Below, in pieces: positions 1-10,279 of a DNA stretch of 64,000 nucleotides. The notes under the pieces are model-generated. The model made no database searches and was not told where the DNA came from. It was given only the letters and a program-made list of their open reading frames with translations. How positions within the stretch are numbered: the first letter of the stretch is position 1; each line of letters begins with the position of its first letter. The stretch covers positions 12,050-76,049 of the forward strand of contig JALHLK010000007.1 of assembly GCA_022844565.1 (NCBI GenBank), in the 5' to 3' direction. The stretch comes from Saprospiraceae bacterium. GTDB lineage: Bacteria; Bacteroidota; Bacteroidia; Chitinophagales; Saprospiraceae. The position numbers were made by a program, and so were the translations under genes.

Positions 1-1419
1 TTTAGTGGTAACTGGCTTCATAAAGGAAATAGATGGAACCCAATAGTAGAAGACGATAGCCTGTTCTATGGAGCACAATCAATTGTTTTTGATTCTATTG
101 GAAATGTGAAGACTGATATTGTTATTGATTTTGATAATAATGGGACAAATGTTGGAGATAAAGGCCAAATCGGTGATGTAGAAATTTTCAGATGTAGATT
201 TATTCAAGGTACTCAATTAGTATCCATAGCTGGAAATGTTGCAACTCCTCAAAATGAAAGTGTAGAAGGGGTAGATATTAACTTATTAGAAAGTAGAAAT
301 GATGGATCAAGAACTCGTCAAGATGGCAACTTTGAAATAAACAATCTACCATCAGGTAGCATTTATACCATAGCTCCTCACAAAGATGATGATGTGACCA
401 ATGGAGTCAATGTTATTGATTTATTACATCTTCAAAGGCATATTCTTGGTACGACAAAATTAAATACAGCTTATAAGCATATCGCTGGTGATGTAAATAA
501 TGACCAAAATATTAATATAAGCGATATTATTGCTTTGAGAAAGGTAATTTTAGGTGTAGAGGACAAGTTTGTTAATAATACTTCATGGAAATTTATTGAT
601 AAGACTCAAGTACTAGATCAAAAGAATCCGTGGACAGAAATGATAAAAGAAAGTATTGAGTTCAATGGTATTAATCAGGCTACTTTCTCTAACTTTATTG
701 GAGTCAAAATAGGTGATTTGGACGCTAATGTGGTTGCTAATACAACTCAATTACAAAATAGAAGTAATTCTAACAAGCATCTAATTGTTGAAAAAACTTC
801 TGGTGAAGGATTGATCAAAGTACCTATATACGGAGATTTTTACTTACACGCTGCCATGGAGCTTTCATTTAGGTTAAAAGGATTCGAATTAAAAGATATT
901 GAATCCGGTCAATTAACAGTTTTAAATGAAAATATTAGTAAAAATGACAACACATTTAAGTTAATATCATGGTCACATACACAGCAAAATATTGATACTG
1001 AAAAACCGCTATTCTATTTAGTGATAAAAGGTAGTTCAACTTTTGAAGGAAGGAATTTGGAGATTATGAATTCTAGCTTCATTTATAGTGATAATGGATT
1101 GGTGAGTAATCTTGAGGTTACTGATAGAAATCGACCAATACAAAACATAACAGATCAAGTAGTTTTACATCAAAATTACCCAAATCCTTGGGAAAATATT
1201 ACAAAAGTCGTTTTTGAAATGCCTAATGCAGGCAAAGTGAACTTTAGAGTATTTGACCTGACTGGTAAACAAATTTTATCAAGATCACTTGAAGCTGAAA
1301 AGGGTAATAATGAGATTAATGTAACAGCGTTGGATTTACCTGCTGAAGGAATGTATACCTATTCTCTTCAAATTGGTCAAACAATTCTTAACAAACGTTT
1401 TATTTTCATAGGAAGGTAA
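1..1419 (+). CDS. 3' part of a large T9SS-secreted surface protein (N-terminus lies upstream of the window)
   Basis: Frame 1 is open from nt 1, with no stop before the GTG listed at 106. It has a dockerin-like Ca-binding pair (DVNNDQNINISDIIALRKVILG). It ends in a Por/T9SS-type C-terminal sorting domain (NYPNPW...VNFRVFDLTGKQI...). It is colinear with the last ~410 aa of the 2388-aa ORF at 26903..34069. Confidence 0.75.
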   Translation, partial: FSGNWLHKGNRWNPIVEDDSLFYGAQSIVFDSIGNVKTDIVIDFDNNGTNVGDKGQIGDVEIFRCRFIQGTQLVSIAGNVATPQNESVEGVDINLLESRNDGSRTRQDGNFEINNLPSGSIYTIAPHKDDDVTNGVNVIDLLHLQRHILGTTKLNTAYKHIAGDVNNDQNINISDIIALRKVILGVEDKFVNNTSWKFIDKTQVLDQKNPWTEMIKESIEFNGINQATFSNFIGVKIGDLDANVVANTTQLQNRSNSNKHLIVEKTSGEGLIKVPIYGDFYLHAAMELSFRLKGFELKDIESGQLTVLNENISKNDNTFKLISWSHTQQNIDTEKPLFYLVIKGSSTFEGRNLEIMNSSFIYSDNGLVSNLEVTDRNRPIQNITDQVVLHQNYPNPWENITKVVFEMPNAGKVNFRVFDLTGKQILSRSLEAEKGNNEINVTALDLPAEGMYTYSLQIGQTILNKRFIFIGR

Positions 1420-1445
1420 TTTTATAACTTTCCAAATATTTTAAA

Positions 1446-1485
1446 GGCGTCAATAATGTGAATGAACATTGTTGACGTCTTTTTA
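1446..1485 (+). terminator. putative rho-independent terminator
   Basis: Imperfect hairpin GGCGTCAATAATG / CATTGTTGACGTC followed by TTTTT, about 27 nt after the stop at 1419. Confidence 0.5.
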
Positions 1486-1954
1486 ATTGGTGGTTTATTG
1501 ATTAACCTGGATTCCGCATTAGAAATGAACTGCCTAAGATAATTTGGGTTAAACCACCTAACTTACAATTGCAATAGCTATGACAGAGCGCCACAGTTCA
1601 AGGATAAATTGACTTGTGGTCAATTTTTAACGTCTTTCTTATCCTCGATGTAGCTTTGGCTACACCTGCAGGATAAAATCTCCGAGTAATGCCAACTATT
1701 TTGTCATATATTCTTTTGAATAAAGTCTAATGAGGAATCTGGGATTAATAAAAATATTATTGCATTCGATGATTAGTGGCAAAACAGAATTAATAAGCTG
1801 ATTCATAGAGGTTTTTTGAAATATTATGATATCTTTTGGAGATTCTACCCAACAAGTTAAAATAAAGTTATTTCATTTAGTTAAATTTTCGATAATAGAA
1901 AATAAAATTTAAATTTGGAGTTGTAAATGAAATTGTTTTTTATAGTTTTACGTC

Positions 1955-2509
1955 ATGGATTTAATTTTTAATAATTTAGCAGCTGAGCAAATCTATATTC
2001 AAGCCTGTATTGACAAAGAGTCTTGGGCTTTGCAAAAATTGTATGAAGAGTTTTATCCGATCATGTATCCGACTTGCTTACGATATGCAAACACTGAAGA
2101 AGACGCTTTAGATATATTGCATGATGGTTTTATAAAAGTATTTAATAATATAGAAAAATATCAAGTAGGCACCTCTTTGGGTGCATGGATCAAAAGAATT
2201 ATCATCAATACTTCTATAGATTATTACAGAAAAGAGTCTAAAAGGCGAACGACTGATATCGAAATGGTTGTGGATGTGGCTCAAAGCGGACCTGATGTAA
2301 TAAGCCAAATATCAGCAGAAGAATTATTAAACGCTTTACAACATCTCACACCTTCTTATAGGTCAGTTTTTAACTTATATGTCATTGAAGGCTATTCTCA
2401 TAGAGAACTGGCTGAAAAGTTGGGAATCACCGAGAGTACTTCGAGATCCAATCTAGTAAAAGCTAGAACAAAATTAAAGGAGATCATATCAACATTTTAC
2501 TTTAGGTAA
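1955..2509 (+). CDS. ECF-type RNA polymerase sigma factor (sigma-70 regions 2 and 4)
   Basis: 184 aa. Region-2-like DILHDGFIKVF...GAWIKRIIINTSIDYYR and a region-4 HTH YVIEGYSHRELAEKLGITESTSRSNLVKARTKLKE. Confidence 0.9.
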   Translation: MDLIFNNLAAEQIYIQACIDKESWALQKLYEEFYPIMYPTCLRYANTEEDALDILHDGFIKVFNNIEKYQVGTSLGAWIKRIIINTSIDYYRKESKRRTTDIEMVVDVAQSGPDVISQISAEELLNALQHLTPSYRSVFNLYVIEGYSHRELAEKLGITESTSRSNLVKARTKLKEIISTFYFR

Positions 2510-2526
2510 TCGTTCTATAAAGACGA

Positions 2527-3978
2527 TTGGATATGACAGACAAAGAATTTGACGATATTATAAAAAACAAATTATCAGCTTTTGAAAATAATTCAAAACC
2601 TGACTGGAATTCTTTTTCTAAAAAACTAGAAGAATCAGAAAAAAGCGAAAAAGAATTTGACGCCCTAATTGCAGCAAAATTAAAAAACTTTACTAAGCCT
2701 GTAAAGTCATCACACTGGGAATTATTAAGAAAACGATTAATCAAGGAGGAGTTTGTTAGACGTAAAGTTTACTCTCTAAAAAGCATAGAATCTTTCTCAC
2801 TACTGCTTTTATTACTAATTACACTTAATAATCAGTATGTAAAATTTGATTTTGCAAAATACACAGATCCCACATTGTATGCAGAATTGTTTAATAGGAA
2901 TGAAGTTCTGCCAAAAAGAATAAATAACCAATTGGTCTTTAATGAAAAAATTAATGTAAGCTCAAGTGAAATTGAGGTTGTAGTCGATGATGAAGTTATT
3001 AAGGAAGAAAATAATGATGTTGTAATAGACCAAAACCTATTTACTGTTCCTTTTCAATCATTAAAATCAGTACCAATTGTAAATGTGTTTAGCACTAAAA
3101 TTCGGGAAATAAACAATACTATAGGTGATGAAATATTGCTAGCAACAGATGGGGAACGAACATCAGTTGAGCCTTTTGATGGCTTGGAACAAATCGTATT
3201 AAAAGACCAAATGAAGTCTCTTTACAAACCATATGTAGATACAAGATTCATTTATAATCCACATATGTATAACAAGGGATTCACCTTTTATGATTTAAGT
3301 ATTTATGGTAACTCTGGGATGGTCCAAGTAAATTCACCATATGACCCAATTTATGACGTGGAGAGCAATAAACGATATGGTAAAGTATCCAAAATTGGAG
3401 TATTATTTGGTGCTGGTACAGAACGATTTAAATTAAAAACAGGTCTAGAATATCAGTCAATAAGTTATAAGCCACAACAAGTAGAAGAGATTTTTGGCTC
3501 GATGTCCAATGGCTTGAAAAAATATAGCCTCGATGGTATTAAGTTTGACATCATAAGTGTCCCAATGAGAGTCAGTGTTAATATGTTAAAATCTGAAAAA
3601 GCTAGTCTTAATCTATTAGCTGGTGTCAATACAAATGCCATCTTTAATGCTGATCATAGGATACAAGAAACGGAATTATCTAGAGAAGAAACGATTAGTT
3701 TAAACAGTGCTTTTCCAACAGGTCAAAGATCTGTAAAACAGGAACCTAAGTTATTTCAAAAGACTTTTTCGAAGGGTGTATTTTCAGAAGGTGGACTTGA
3801 TAACATTTATTTTGATGCAAATGTCGAGGTGGAATATGAGCGAAAAATTAATGATACAAAATCATTCCAGATTGCATTAGGAACATCTCGATTTTTAGGT
3901 TCAAAAGGGGTAGGACCCAATAATGATGCACTGCATGGCGTCTATGCCAGATTAGGGCTATCTTACAAATTGAATTAA
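2527..3978 (+). CDS. membrane protein downstream of the ECF sigma gene; putative anti-sigma factor with a beta-rich C-terminal domain
   Basis: Starts 18 nt after the sigma gene. It has a charged N-terminus, one hydrophobic span (SFSLLLLLLITL) and a long beta-strand-like C-terminus ending GVYARLGLSYKLN. The role is inferred from gene position only. Confidence 0.45.
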   Translation: MDMTDKEFDDIIKNKLSAFENNSKPDWNSFSKKLEESEKSEKEFDALIAAKLKNFTKPVKSSHWELLRKRLIKEEFVRRKVYSLKSIESFSLLLLLLITLNNQYVKFDFAKYTDPTLYAELFNRNEVLPKRINNQLVFNEKINVSSSEIEVVVDDEVIKEENNDVVIDQNLFTVPFQSLKSVPIVNVFSTKIREINNTIGDEILLATDGERTSVEPFDGLEQIVLKDQMKSLYKPYVDTRFIYNPHMYNKGFTFYDLSIYGNSGMVQVNSPYDPIYDVESNKRYGKVSKIGVLFGAGTERFKLKTGLEYQSISYKPQQVEEIFGSMSNGLKKYSLDGIKFDIISVPMRVSVNMLKSEKASLNLLAGVNTNAIFNADHRIQETELSREETISLNSAFPTGQRSVKQEPKLFQKTFSKGVFSEGGLDNIYFDANVEVEYERKINDTKSFQIALGTSRFLGSKGVGPNNDALHGVYARLGLSYKLN

Positions 3979-4041
3979 GGGGGAGTTCTAAAACCTCTAT
4001 TTCTCACAATGAAAATGGGTATTTATAACTACCCTAAAAAA

Positions 4042-5085
4042 TCAACCCATCAACACAGGCTTTTCAATCTTTAGTCTTTGACCAGTTGCATCCATTATTG
4101 CTTGAGCACCAACGGGGATAGTTAAATTGTTAGTAACGTGACCAAATGGTGTACCAGCTAGAATTGGAATATTTAATGGCAAAAGTCTTTCCTTTATGGT
4201 TTCTAATAATGTAAAGGAATTTGATGGGTCCTTAGCTCCGCAATCAGTAAATTGACCAAGTAAGATACCACTTGCTTTTTTTAGATTTGTACCATATATC
4301 AATTGAGTCAGCATTCTATCGACTCTGTAAGGCTCCTCACCTATATCTTCAAAAAAAGCAATCGAATTGCTGAAATCAGGTTCGTAAGGCATACCCACCA
4401 TACTTGTTACAACCGTTAAGTTACCACCAACAAGCTTGCCTGTAGCCACGCCCGGGCGTAAAGTCTCCAGCAGGTCATACTTAGAAGTATCATCTATCAA
4501 AGGCATATTCTTAAAATTGTAATCAACAGCTTTGTTGTCAAAAAATATATTTTGAAAAGATTCCAAAGTTATACCACTCATCATTCTTATCGGGATAGGA
4601 CCATGAAAAGTAATTAATCCCGTTTTTTGTAAAATTGCAATGTGATAAGCACTAATATCGCTATAACCTATGAATGGTTTAGGATTTTTTTTGATTATTT
4701 TATAGTCCAACATATCCAATATCCTTGTAGACCCATATCCACCCCGTCCACACCAAATCGCTTTGATACTTTTATCTGCAAACATAGTATTGATATCTTC
4801 TGCCCTTTCTTCATCTAGTCCTGCTAAAAATCCATTGTGAGCCAAGATATGCTTTGATAAAATGGGTTCCATCCCAAAACCTTTAATTTGTGCAATTGCC
4901 ACATCAATCTGTTCTTGCTTTAACTTAGAAGAAGGGGTAATTATCCCGATCTTATCACCTTTTTTAATTAAATTTGGCATGATCAACTTTTGATTGGCAG
5001 ATGTACTTGCTTGTAATTCATTATTTGTGGTTATTATCCCACCACCTAAAAGTAAACTTGATTTTGCAAATGATCTTCTATTCAT
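4042..5085 (-). CDS. exported LD-carboxypeptidase (peptidase S66, LdcA-like)
   Basis: Signal-like N-terminus MNRRSFAKSSLLLGGG. S66 nucleophile motif FIGYSDISAYH and C-terminal GTPFGH. Confidence 0.85.
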   Translation of the reverse strand: MNRRSFAKSSLLLGGGIITTNNELQASTSANQKLIMPNLIKKGDKIGIITPSSKLKQEQIDVAIAQIKGFGMEPILSKHILAHNGFLAGLDEERAEDINTMFADKSIKAIWCGRGGYGSTRILDMLDYKIIKKNPKPFIGYSDISAYHIAILQKTGLITFHGPIPIRMMSGITLESFQNIFFDNKAVDYNFKNMPLIDDTSKYDLLETLRPGVATGKLVGGNLTVVTSMVGMPYEPDFSNSIAFFEDIGEEPYRVDRMLTQLIYGTNLKKASGILLGQFTDCGAKDPSNSFTLLETIKERLLPLNIPILAGTPFGHVTNNLTIPVGAQAIMDATGQRLKIEKPVLMG

Positions 5086-5092
5086 TTTTTAA

Positions 5093-5935
5093 TTATTTTG
5101 TGACAATATTAGCAACTGTACGTAATACAATCCTCCTAACCTGTCGATGAATTTCTTTTCTAACCTCTTTTAGTACATATTGAAACTTAAAATCAATCAC
5201 ATCTTTAGAGACTTTTAGCAATTTAAGATTGTAAGAATCTGGCACAAGATAGTGTTCCATCGGTTGACAAGCTAAAATTAGCTTCTTTTCCAATTCTTCA
5301 ACACTCCTTATCTTATTGATGTCCATTTGAAAGTCAACTGACATACTTCTGATATTTCTTTTGGTATAATTGACGATGTCTGCATTATAAAATTTAGAGT
5401 TGGCTACATAGAGCACTTCATCGTCCTCTGTAAGAAGCGTAATTTTTTGCAACCCAAGTTCTACAATCTTTCCTTTTTGATCATTGTATTCTACGATATC
5501 ATCTATTTCAATTTTCGAAGAAAATCCATTGATAATGCCGATGATGATTTCTGCAATAAACTCCTTGGTCACAATGGCGATCGCAGCTGCTACGATACTT
5601 AATGATGTGAATACTTGTTTCAAATCCAAGCCCATCAAAGATAAAATGACTAAAAAAATAGACAATACGACAATAATGGTATACAAGTTTTTTAGTCCGA
5701 CGAGTATATTATCTCTGGTTCGATTCTTATTCATCTCTTTGCCTACGATCGTGTAGACGATTGTAATTTCGATAATGGTTCTAATGCTGATTAAAAGGAT
5801 AAGTAGACTCAATATAGTCCTGATTATTGCGGCATTTGTAAGTTTACTATAATACTCAGGATGAGTCCTTAGAAATAGAAAAAAGATCATTAATAAAATA
5901 GATATGATAATTTTTATCATTCGTTCTCTCTTCAT
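5093..5935 (-). CDS. mechanosensitive ion channel family protein (MscS-like)
   Basis: Several N-terminal TM helices, then the MscS beta-domain pattern IEIDDIVEYNDQKGKIVELGLQKITLLTEDDEVLYVANSKFYNADIVNYT. Confidence 0.8.
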   Translation of the reverse strand: MKRERMIKIIISILLMIFFLFLRTHPEYYSKLTNAAIIRTILSLLILLISIRTIIEITIVYTIVGKEMNKNRTRDNILVGLKNLYTIIVVLSIFLVILSLMGLDLKQVFTSLSIVAAAIAIVTKEFIAEIIIGIINGFSSKIEIDDIVEYNDQKGKIVELGLQKITLLTEDDEVLYVANSKFYNADIVNYTKRNIRSMSVDFQMDINKIRSVEELEKKLILACQPMEHYLVPDSYNLKLLKVSKDVIDFKFQYVLKEVRKEIHRQVRRIVLRTVANIVTK

Positions 5936-6407
5936 AGTTTAAGATTAAATTTTGGGCAAAAATAGGGATATTTTTAACATTAATAGGCGTTGTCCTAATA
6001 CTATATACAACCAAAAGGGATTTTAAAAGCTTTTCCCACATTTCATTGCAAAATTTCAAAAAAAAACCAATATCCTCTTGACAGCAACAACAAAAAAGAT
6101 ATATCTTTATAAAAATATTCAAAAATTAGTCCTAAACCGAAGTTTTTTTATAAAACGTGGAATCATTTTTGAATAAAATATGTTAAATTTAAAAATCTAA
6201 AGTGGATTTCCTATTACAGCTCAAAATTACTGCAAAATCAGGTGTTTCACTCACTTGCTTCGCACCATCCCGAAAGCCATCGAGATGATTTGTCGCAAAA
6301 AGTGCTGATTTTATTGTTCTTTTGACCTTCATTACGGAGTCCATTATGGATATTTAGGTTACGAATTAATTGGTATCACATCCTAAACAAGGCATACAAA
6401 ATATAGT

Positions 6408-9400
6408 ATGAGTCAAATAAGCAATTACGAATTACTCTTAAGCAAGCTGGATCAATTTATAAGGAAGTATTATATAAATAATTTATTAAGGGGATTATTG
6501 TATTTTACAGGTGTAGTGGTGGGATTGTTCCTACTTATCAACTTACTAGAAAATAATTTTTACTTCGATAAGTCAGTCCGAAAGGTAATGTTTTATGGAT
6601 TTGTAGGCATATCTATGTTATTGGGATATAAATGGATGGTAGACCCTATATTTCGGTACTTCCATCTAGGCAAGACGATCTCCCATGAGCAAGCTGCGGT
6701 CATCATAGGTGATCATTTTACTGATATTAAAGATCGACTTCTCAATATTTTACAGCTCAAGAAAATGGCAGATGGACAAGACCAATCGAATCTAATCTTA
6801 GCGAGTATCAATCAAAAGACAGAAAAAATCAAATTAATTCCTTTTCAATCAGCCATAGATTTGGGAGGAAATAGAAAATATTTAAAATATGCTGCACCGC
6901 CCTTATTGTGTTTGGTGGCCGTATTATTTATGTCACCTTCTTTGATCAAAGACAGTACTTTTAGATTAATCAATAATGACAAAGATTTTGAGAAGGAAGC
7001 ACCTTTTCAATTTAAGATAGAAAATAAAGACCTAACAGCTGTACAATTTGAAGATTATACGCTTAAGGTAAATGTGGAGGGTAGTATATTACCTGATGAG
7101 GTATTTGTAGAAATCGACGGGTATAATTACAAATTGGAAAAGCAAGGTGCAGATCAATTTGAGTATACTTTTAGAAATGTACAGAAGAATACCAATTTTG
7201 TCATCAACGCAGCACAAGTAAAAGGTTTGCCACAAACCCTTGCAGTAATAGAAAAGCCAAACATTGCTAATTTTGTAACTTCGCTTAGATTTCCTCAATA
7301 CCTTGATCGATCCAATGAAGAATTAGACAACGTAGGTGATCTCATCGTACCTGAAGGAACGGTGATTGACTGGTCTTTCAGTACAAAAGCCACGGAAGAT
7401 GTAAACTTATTATTTGGAGAAAAAGGACCCCTCAAATCAGCAGAGCAAAGAGCAGAAAATCTTTATAATTTCAAAATAAAAGCCAACAATTCAACTCCAT
7501 ATAAAATATACTTGTCCAACCAATTTTTGGCCAATGCAGATTCATTTTTATACAATATTACGGTCATAAAAGATCAATACCCTACTGTATCGGTAGAGCA
7601 ATTGATTGACAGTACCGATAAGTCAGCGATCTTGTTTACAGGTAATGTAGCTGATGATTATGGTGTATCGTCTTTGGTGCTCAATTATACACTATCTGAT
7701 GAAGCAGGAAAGTCAAAGCCAGTTAAAAAGGTAAAAGTTGGTTTGCCAAGCATGGCTAATGAAGCGGGTTTCCAGCATGTATTTAGATTGGAGGAATTAA
7801 ATCTTCAGCCTGGCGACAATCTGAGTTACTACTTTGAGGTATTTGACAATGATGGTGTGAATGGTGCAAAATCTACGAAGTCTCAAGTACTTACTTTCAA
7901 GAAGCCATCTGTATCAGAATTGAAAGAACTAGAAGAAAAGAATGAAGAAGCGATAGAAAAGAACCTTCAAGAGGCGCTCAATAAGTACGACAAGATGGAG
8001 GAGCGCTATAGAAAATTAAAAGAAAAACTTCTTAATAAAAAAGAATTGGACTGGCAAGATCGAAAAGAACTTGAAAAGATCTTAGAAGAGCAAAAGAAAC
8101 TTCAAGAACAAATGAAGCAGTCTAACGAAAAAATGCTGGAGAACATGAAAATGCAAAATGAAATGCAAAACATGGACCAGAAGACTGAAGAGAAGCAAGA
8201 AAAGCTCGAACAAATGATGAAGGAGACCATAAGTGAAGAAAATAAAGAGCTTATGGAAAGAATTCAAGAATTGATGCAAGAATTGGATAAAGAAGACGCG
8301 CTCCGTATTATGGATCAAATGCAAATGGAGAATGAAAACATGGATAAGAAAACTGAGCGTCTAAAAGAACTTTTCGAACAGCTCAAAATGGAAAAAGATA
8401 TTAAAGAGCAAATTGACAAACTGGATAAATTAGCGGATAAGCAAGAAGAGTTGGCTAAAAAAACTGAAAAGCTAGACGAGAAAAATAATAAGGACGATAA
8501 TAAGAAAGAAGGAGATAAAAAAGATTCTGCTCAAGAAGATAAGAAAAAAAGTGAGGAGCTCCAGAAAGAGCAAAATGATATAAAAAAGCAGTTGGAAGAT
8601 ATTCAAAAAGAGCTCAAAAAGCTAGAAGAAGAGAATAAAGAATTGTCTCCACCAAAAGATATGGGGGAAGATAATCAAGAGAAAATGGATGACGCCAAAA
8701 AGGATATGGATAAGGCCGACAAAGAGATGAAAAAAGAAGATAATAAAGCTGCATCGAAAGCTCAAAAGTCTGCTGCCAAGAAGATGAAAGATCAAGCTGG
8801 AGAAATGGGCGAGTCTATGGAAGGTGGAGACCAAGAACAACAAACCGAGGATATTAAAACGATCCGTCAGATATTAGAAAATTTGGTAACTTTATCAGTC
8901 AATCAGGAGGATCTTTTTGGAATGTTTGCAAAAACTCCTTCCACAACGCCTAAGTTTAGAGATCTAGTAAGAGAGCAACTAAAAATCAAGGATGACTTTA
9001 AGATCGTAGAAGATAGTCTCATAGCCTTGAGCAATAGAAATGATCAAATCTCAAGTTTTATCAATGAGAAAGTGACGGAGATTAAGTACAATATGTCAAA
9101 TAGTATTTCATTACTTGAAGAAAGGCAAGTACCTCAGTCTACCGACAAGCAGCGAAGGTCAATGACAAATTTAAATGATTTGGCATTAATGCTTTCCGAA
9201 TCTATGGAAAATATGCAAAAGCAAAAAGCAGGAGGTATGCCAGGAGCCCAAATGTGTCAAAATCCTGGAGGTAAATCAGGTAAAACGGGGAAGGTGCCTA
9301 TGGACAAAATAGGTGAAGGTCAAGATGGAGTAGGCGGCAAGCTTAAAGAATTAAAAGACAAAATGGGCAAAGGTGGTAAAGACGGTCCAAATGCCAAAGA

Positions 9401-9815
9401 TTTTGCAGAAGCTGCGGCCAAGCAAGCTGCTTTGAGAAAAGCACTTCAAGATCTCAAAAAAGAAAAACAAGAGCAAGGCAAAGGTGGTAATCAATTTGAT
9501 GATATCATCGATATGATGGATAAGATGGAAATTGACTTGGTCAACAAAAGATTGAATGGTGAAACTTTAAAAAGACAACAAGATATAAAAACAAGATTAC
9601 TGGAAACAGAAAAAGCTGAAAGACAAAGAGGTGAAGACGAAAAAAGAAAGTCAGAAACCGCTATGGATGTTAAGCAGTCTCTTCCACCTGCATTGCAAGA
9701 CTATTTAAAAAAGAGAAATGCTGAGGTAGAAACGTATAAAACGGTATCACCGGCCTTAAAACCATATTATAGATATTTAGTAGACGAGTATTATAAATCG
9801 TTAAAGGCGAAATAA
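6408..9815 (+). CDS. large membrane-anchored coiled-coil protein (DUF4175-like)
   Basis: 1135 aa with N-terminal TM helices and a central ~350-aa K/E/Q/M-rich coiled coil. The family name is recalled from Bacteroidota annotations and is not verified. Confidence 0.55.
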   Translation: MSQISNYELLLSKLDQFIRKYYINNLLRGLLYFTGVVVGLFLLINLLENNFYFDKSVRKVMFYGFVGISMLLGYKWMVDPIFRYFHLGKTISHEQAAVIIGDHFTDIKDRLLNILQLKKMADGQDQSNLILASINQKTEKIKLIPFQSAIDLGGNRKYLKYAAPPLLCLVAVLFMSPSLIKDSTFRLINNDKDFEKEAPFQFKIENKDLTAVQFEDYTLKVNVEGSILPDEVFVEIDGYNYKLEKQGADQFEYTFRNVQKNTNFVINAAQVKGLPQTLAVIEKPNIANFVTSLRFPQYLDRSNEELDNVGDLIVPEGTVIDWSFSTKATEDVNLLFGEKGPLKSAEQRAENLYNFKIKANNSTPYKIYLSNQFLANADSFLYNITVIKDQYPTVSVEQLIDSTDKSAILFTGNVADDYGVSSLVLNYTLSDEAGKSKPVKKVKVGLPSMANEAGFQHVFRLEELNLQPGDNLSYYFEVFDNDGVNGAKSTKSQVLTFKKPSVSELKELEEKNEEAIEKNLQEALNKYDKMEERYRKLKEKLLNKKELDWQDRKELEKILEEQKKLQEQMKQSNEKMLENMKMQNEMQNMDQKTEEKQEKLEQMMKETISEENKELMERIQELMQELDKEDALRIMDQMQMENENMDKKTERLKELFEQLKMEKDIKEQIDKLDKLADKQEELAKKTEKLDEKNNKDDNKKEGDKKDSAQEDKKKSEELQKEQNDIKKQLEDIQKELKKLEEENKELSPPKDMGEDNQEKMDDAKKDMDKADKEMKKEDNKAASKAQKSAAKKMKDQAGEMGESMEGGDQEQQTEDIKTIRQILENLVTLSVNQEDLFGMFAKTPSTTPKFRDLVREQLKIKDDFKIVEDSLIALSNRNDQISSFINEKVTEIKYNMSNSISLLEERQVPQSTDKQRRSMTNLNDLALMLSESMENMQKQKAGGMPGAQMCQNPGGKSGKTGKVPMDKIGEGQDGVGGKLKELKDKMGKGGKDGPNAKDFAEAAAKQAALRKALQDLKKEKQEQGKGGNQFDDIIDMMDKMEIDLVNKRLNGETLKRQQDIKTRLLETEKAERQRGEDEKRKSETAMDVKQSLPPALQDYLKKRNAEVETYKTVSPALKPYYRYLVDEYYKSLKAK

Positions 9816-9862
9816 TGGTGCGATTTTTGTAATAATAATGATAGGAAATTATAGGATATAAA

Positions 9863-10279
9863 ATGACAGATACGAACGAATTGTATTTAAAATCATCGGC
9901 TCAAAGTATAGTTGAATTAGAAAACTATCTTGAAAGCCTTCTAATAAATAATTATATTTCATCGGACAGGTATGCAGAAATTCTTATTTCTCTTACAGAA
10001 GCAGTGAACAATGCAATTATACATGGGAATAAAAATGATGAGAAGAAGCATGTAGTTGTACAATGTGTAAATAAAAGAACAGGATTTTCATTTATCGTCA
10101 AAGATGAAGGTAGGGGTTTTGATCCTACTAATATTCCTGACCCTACACACCAAGATCAACTGGATTGCTGTGGTGGTAGGGGCGTACATATCATGAAACA
10201 ATTGTCAGATAAAATCGCTTTCAAAAACAAAGGAAGGGTTGTGGAGATGTATTTTGAAAACTGCAAATCTTATGTGTGA
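9863..10279 (+). CDS. GHKL ATPase, RsbW/SpoIIAB-like anti-sigma regulatory kinase
   Basis: 138 aa. N-box EAVNNAIIHGN, G1 DEGRGFD, G2 GGRGVHIMKQL. Its stop overlaps the GTG start of ybeY (GTGA). Confidence 0.75.
   Translation: MTDTNELYLKSSAQSIVELENYLESLLINNYISSDRYAEILISLTEAVNNAIIHGNKNDEKKHVVVQCVNKRTGFSFIVKDEGRGFDPTNIPDPTHQDQLDCCGGRGVHIMKQLSDKIAFKNKGRVVEMYFENCKSYV

Noticed and set aside
5856-6122. 88-aa minus ORF upstream of the MscS gene, and ORF 34417..34650 (+)
   Set aside because: Both sit in AT-rich intergenic or promoter DNA or overlap a better gene's 3' end. Their composition is not protein-like.
8082-8843. Minus-strand ORFs 8082..8324 and 8622..8843
   Set aside because: They are antisense to the K/E-rich coiled-coil region of the DUF4175-like gene. 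Their L/F/H-rich translations mirror AAG/GAA codons.
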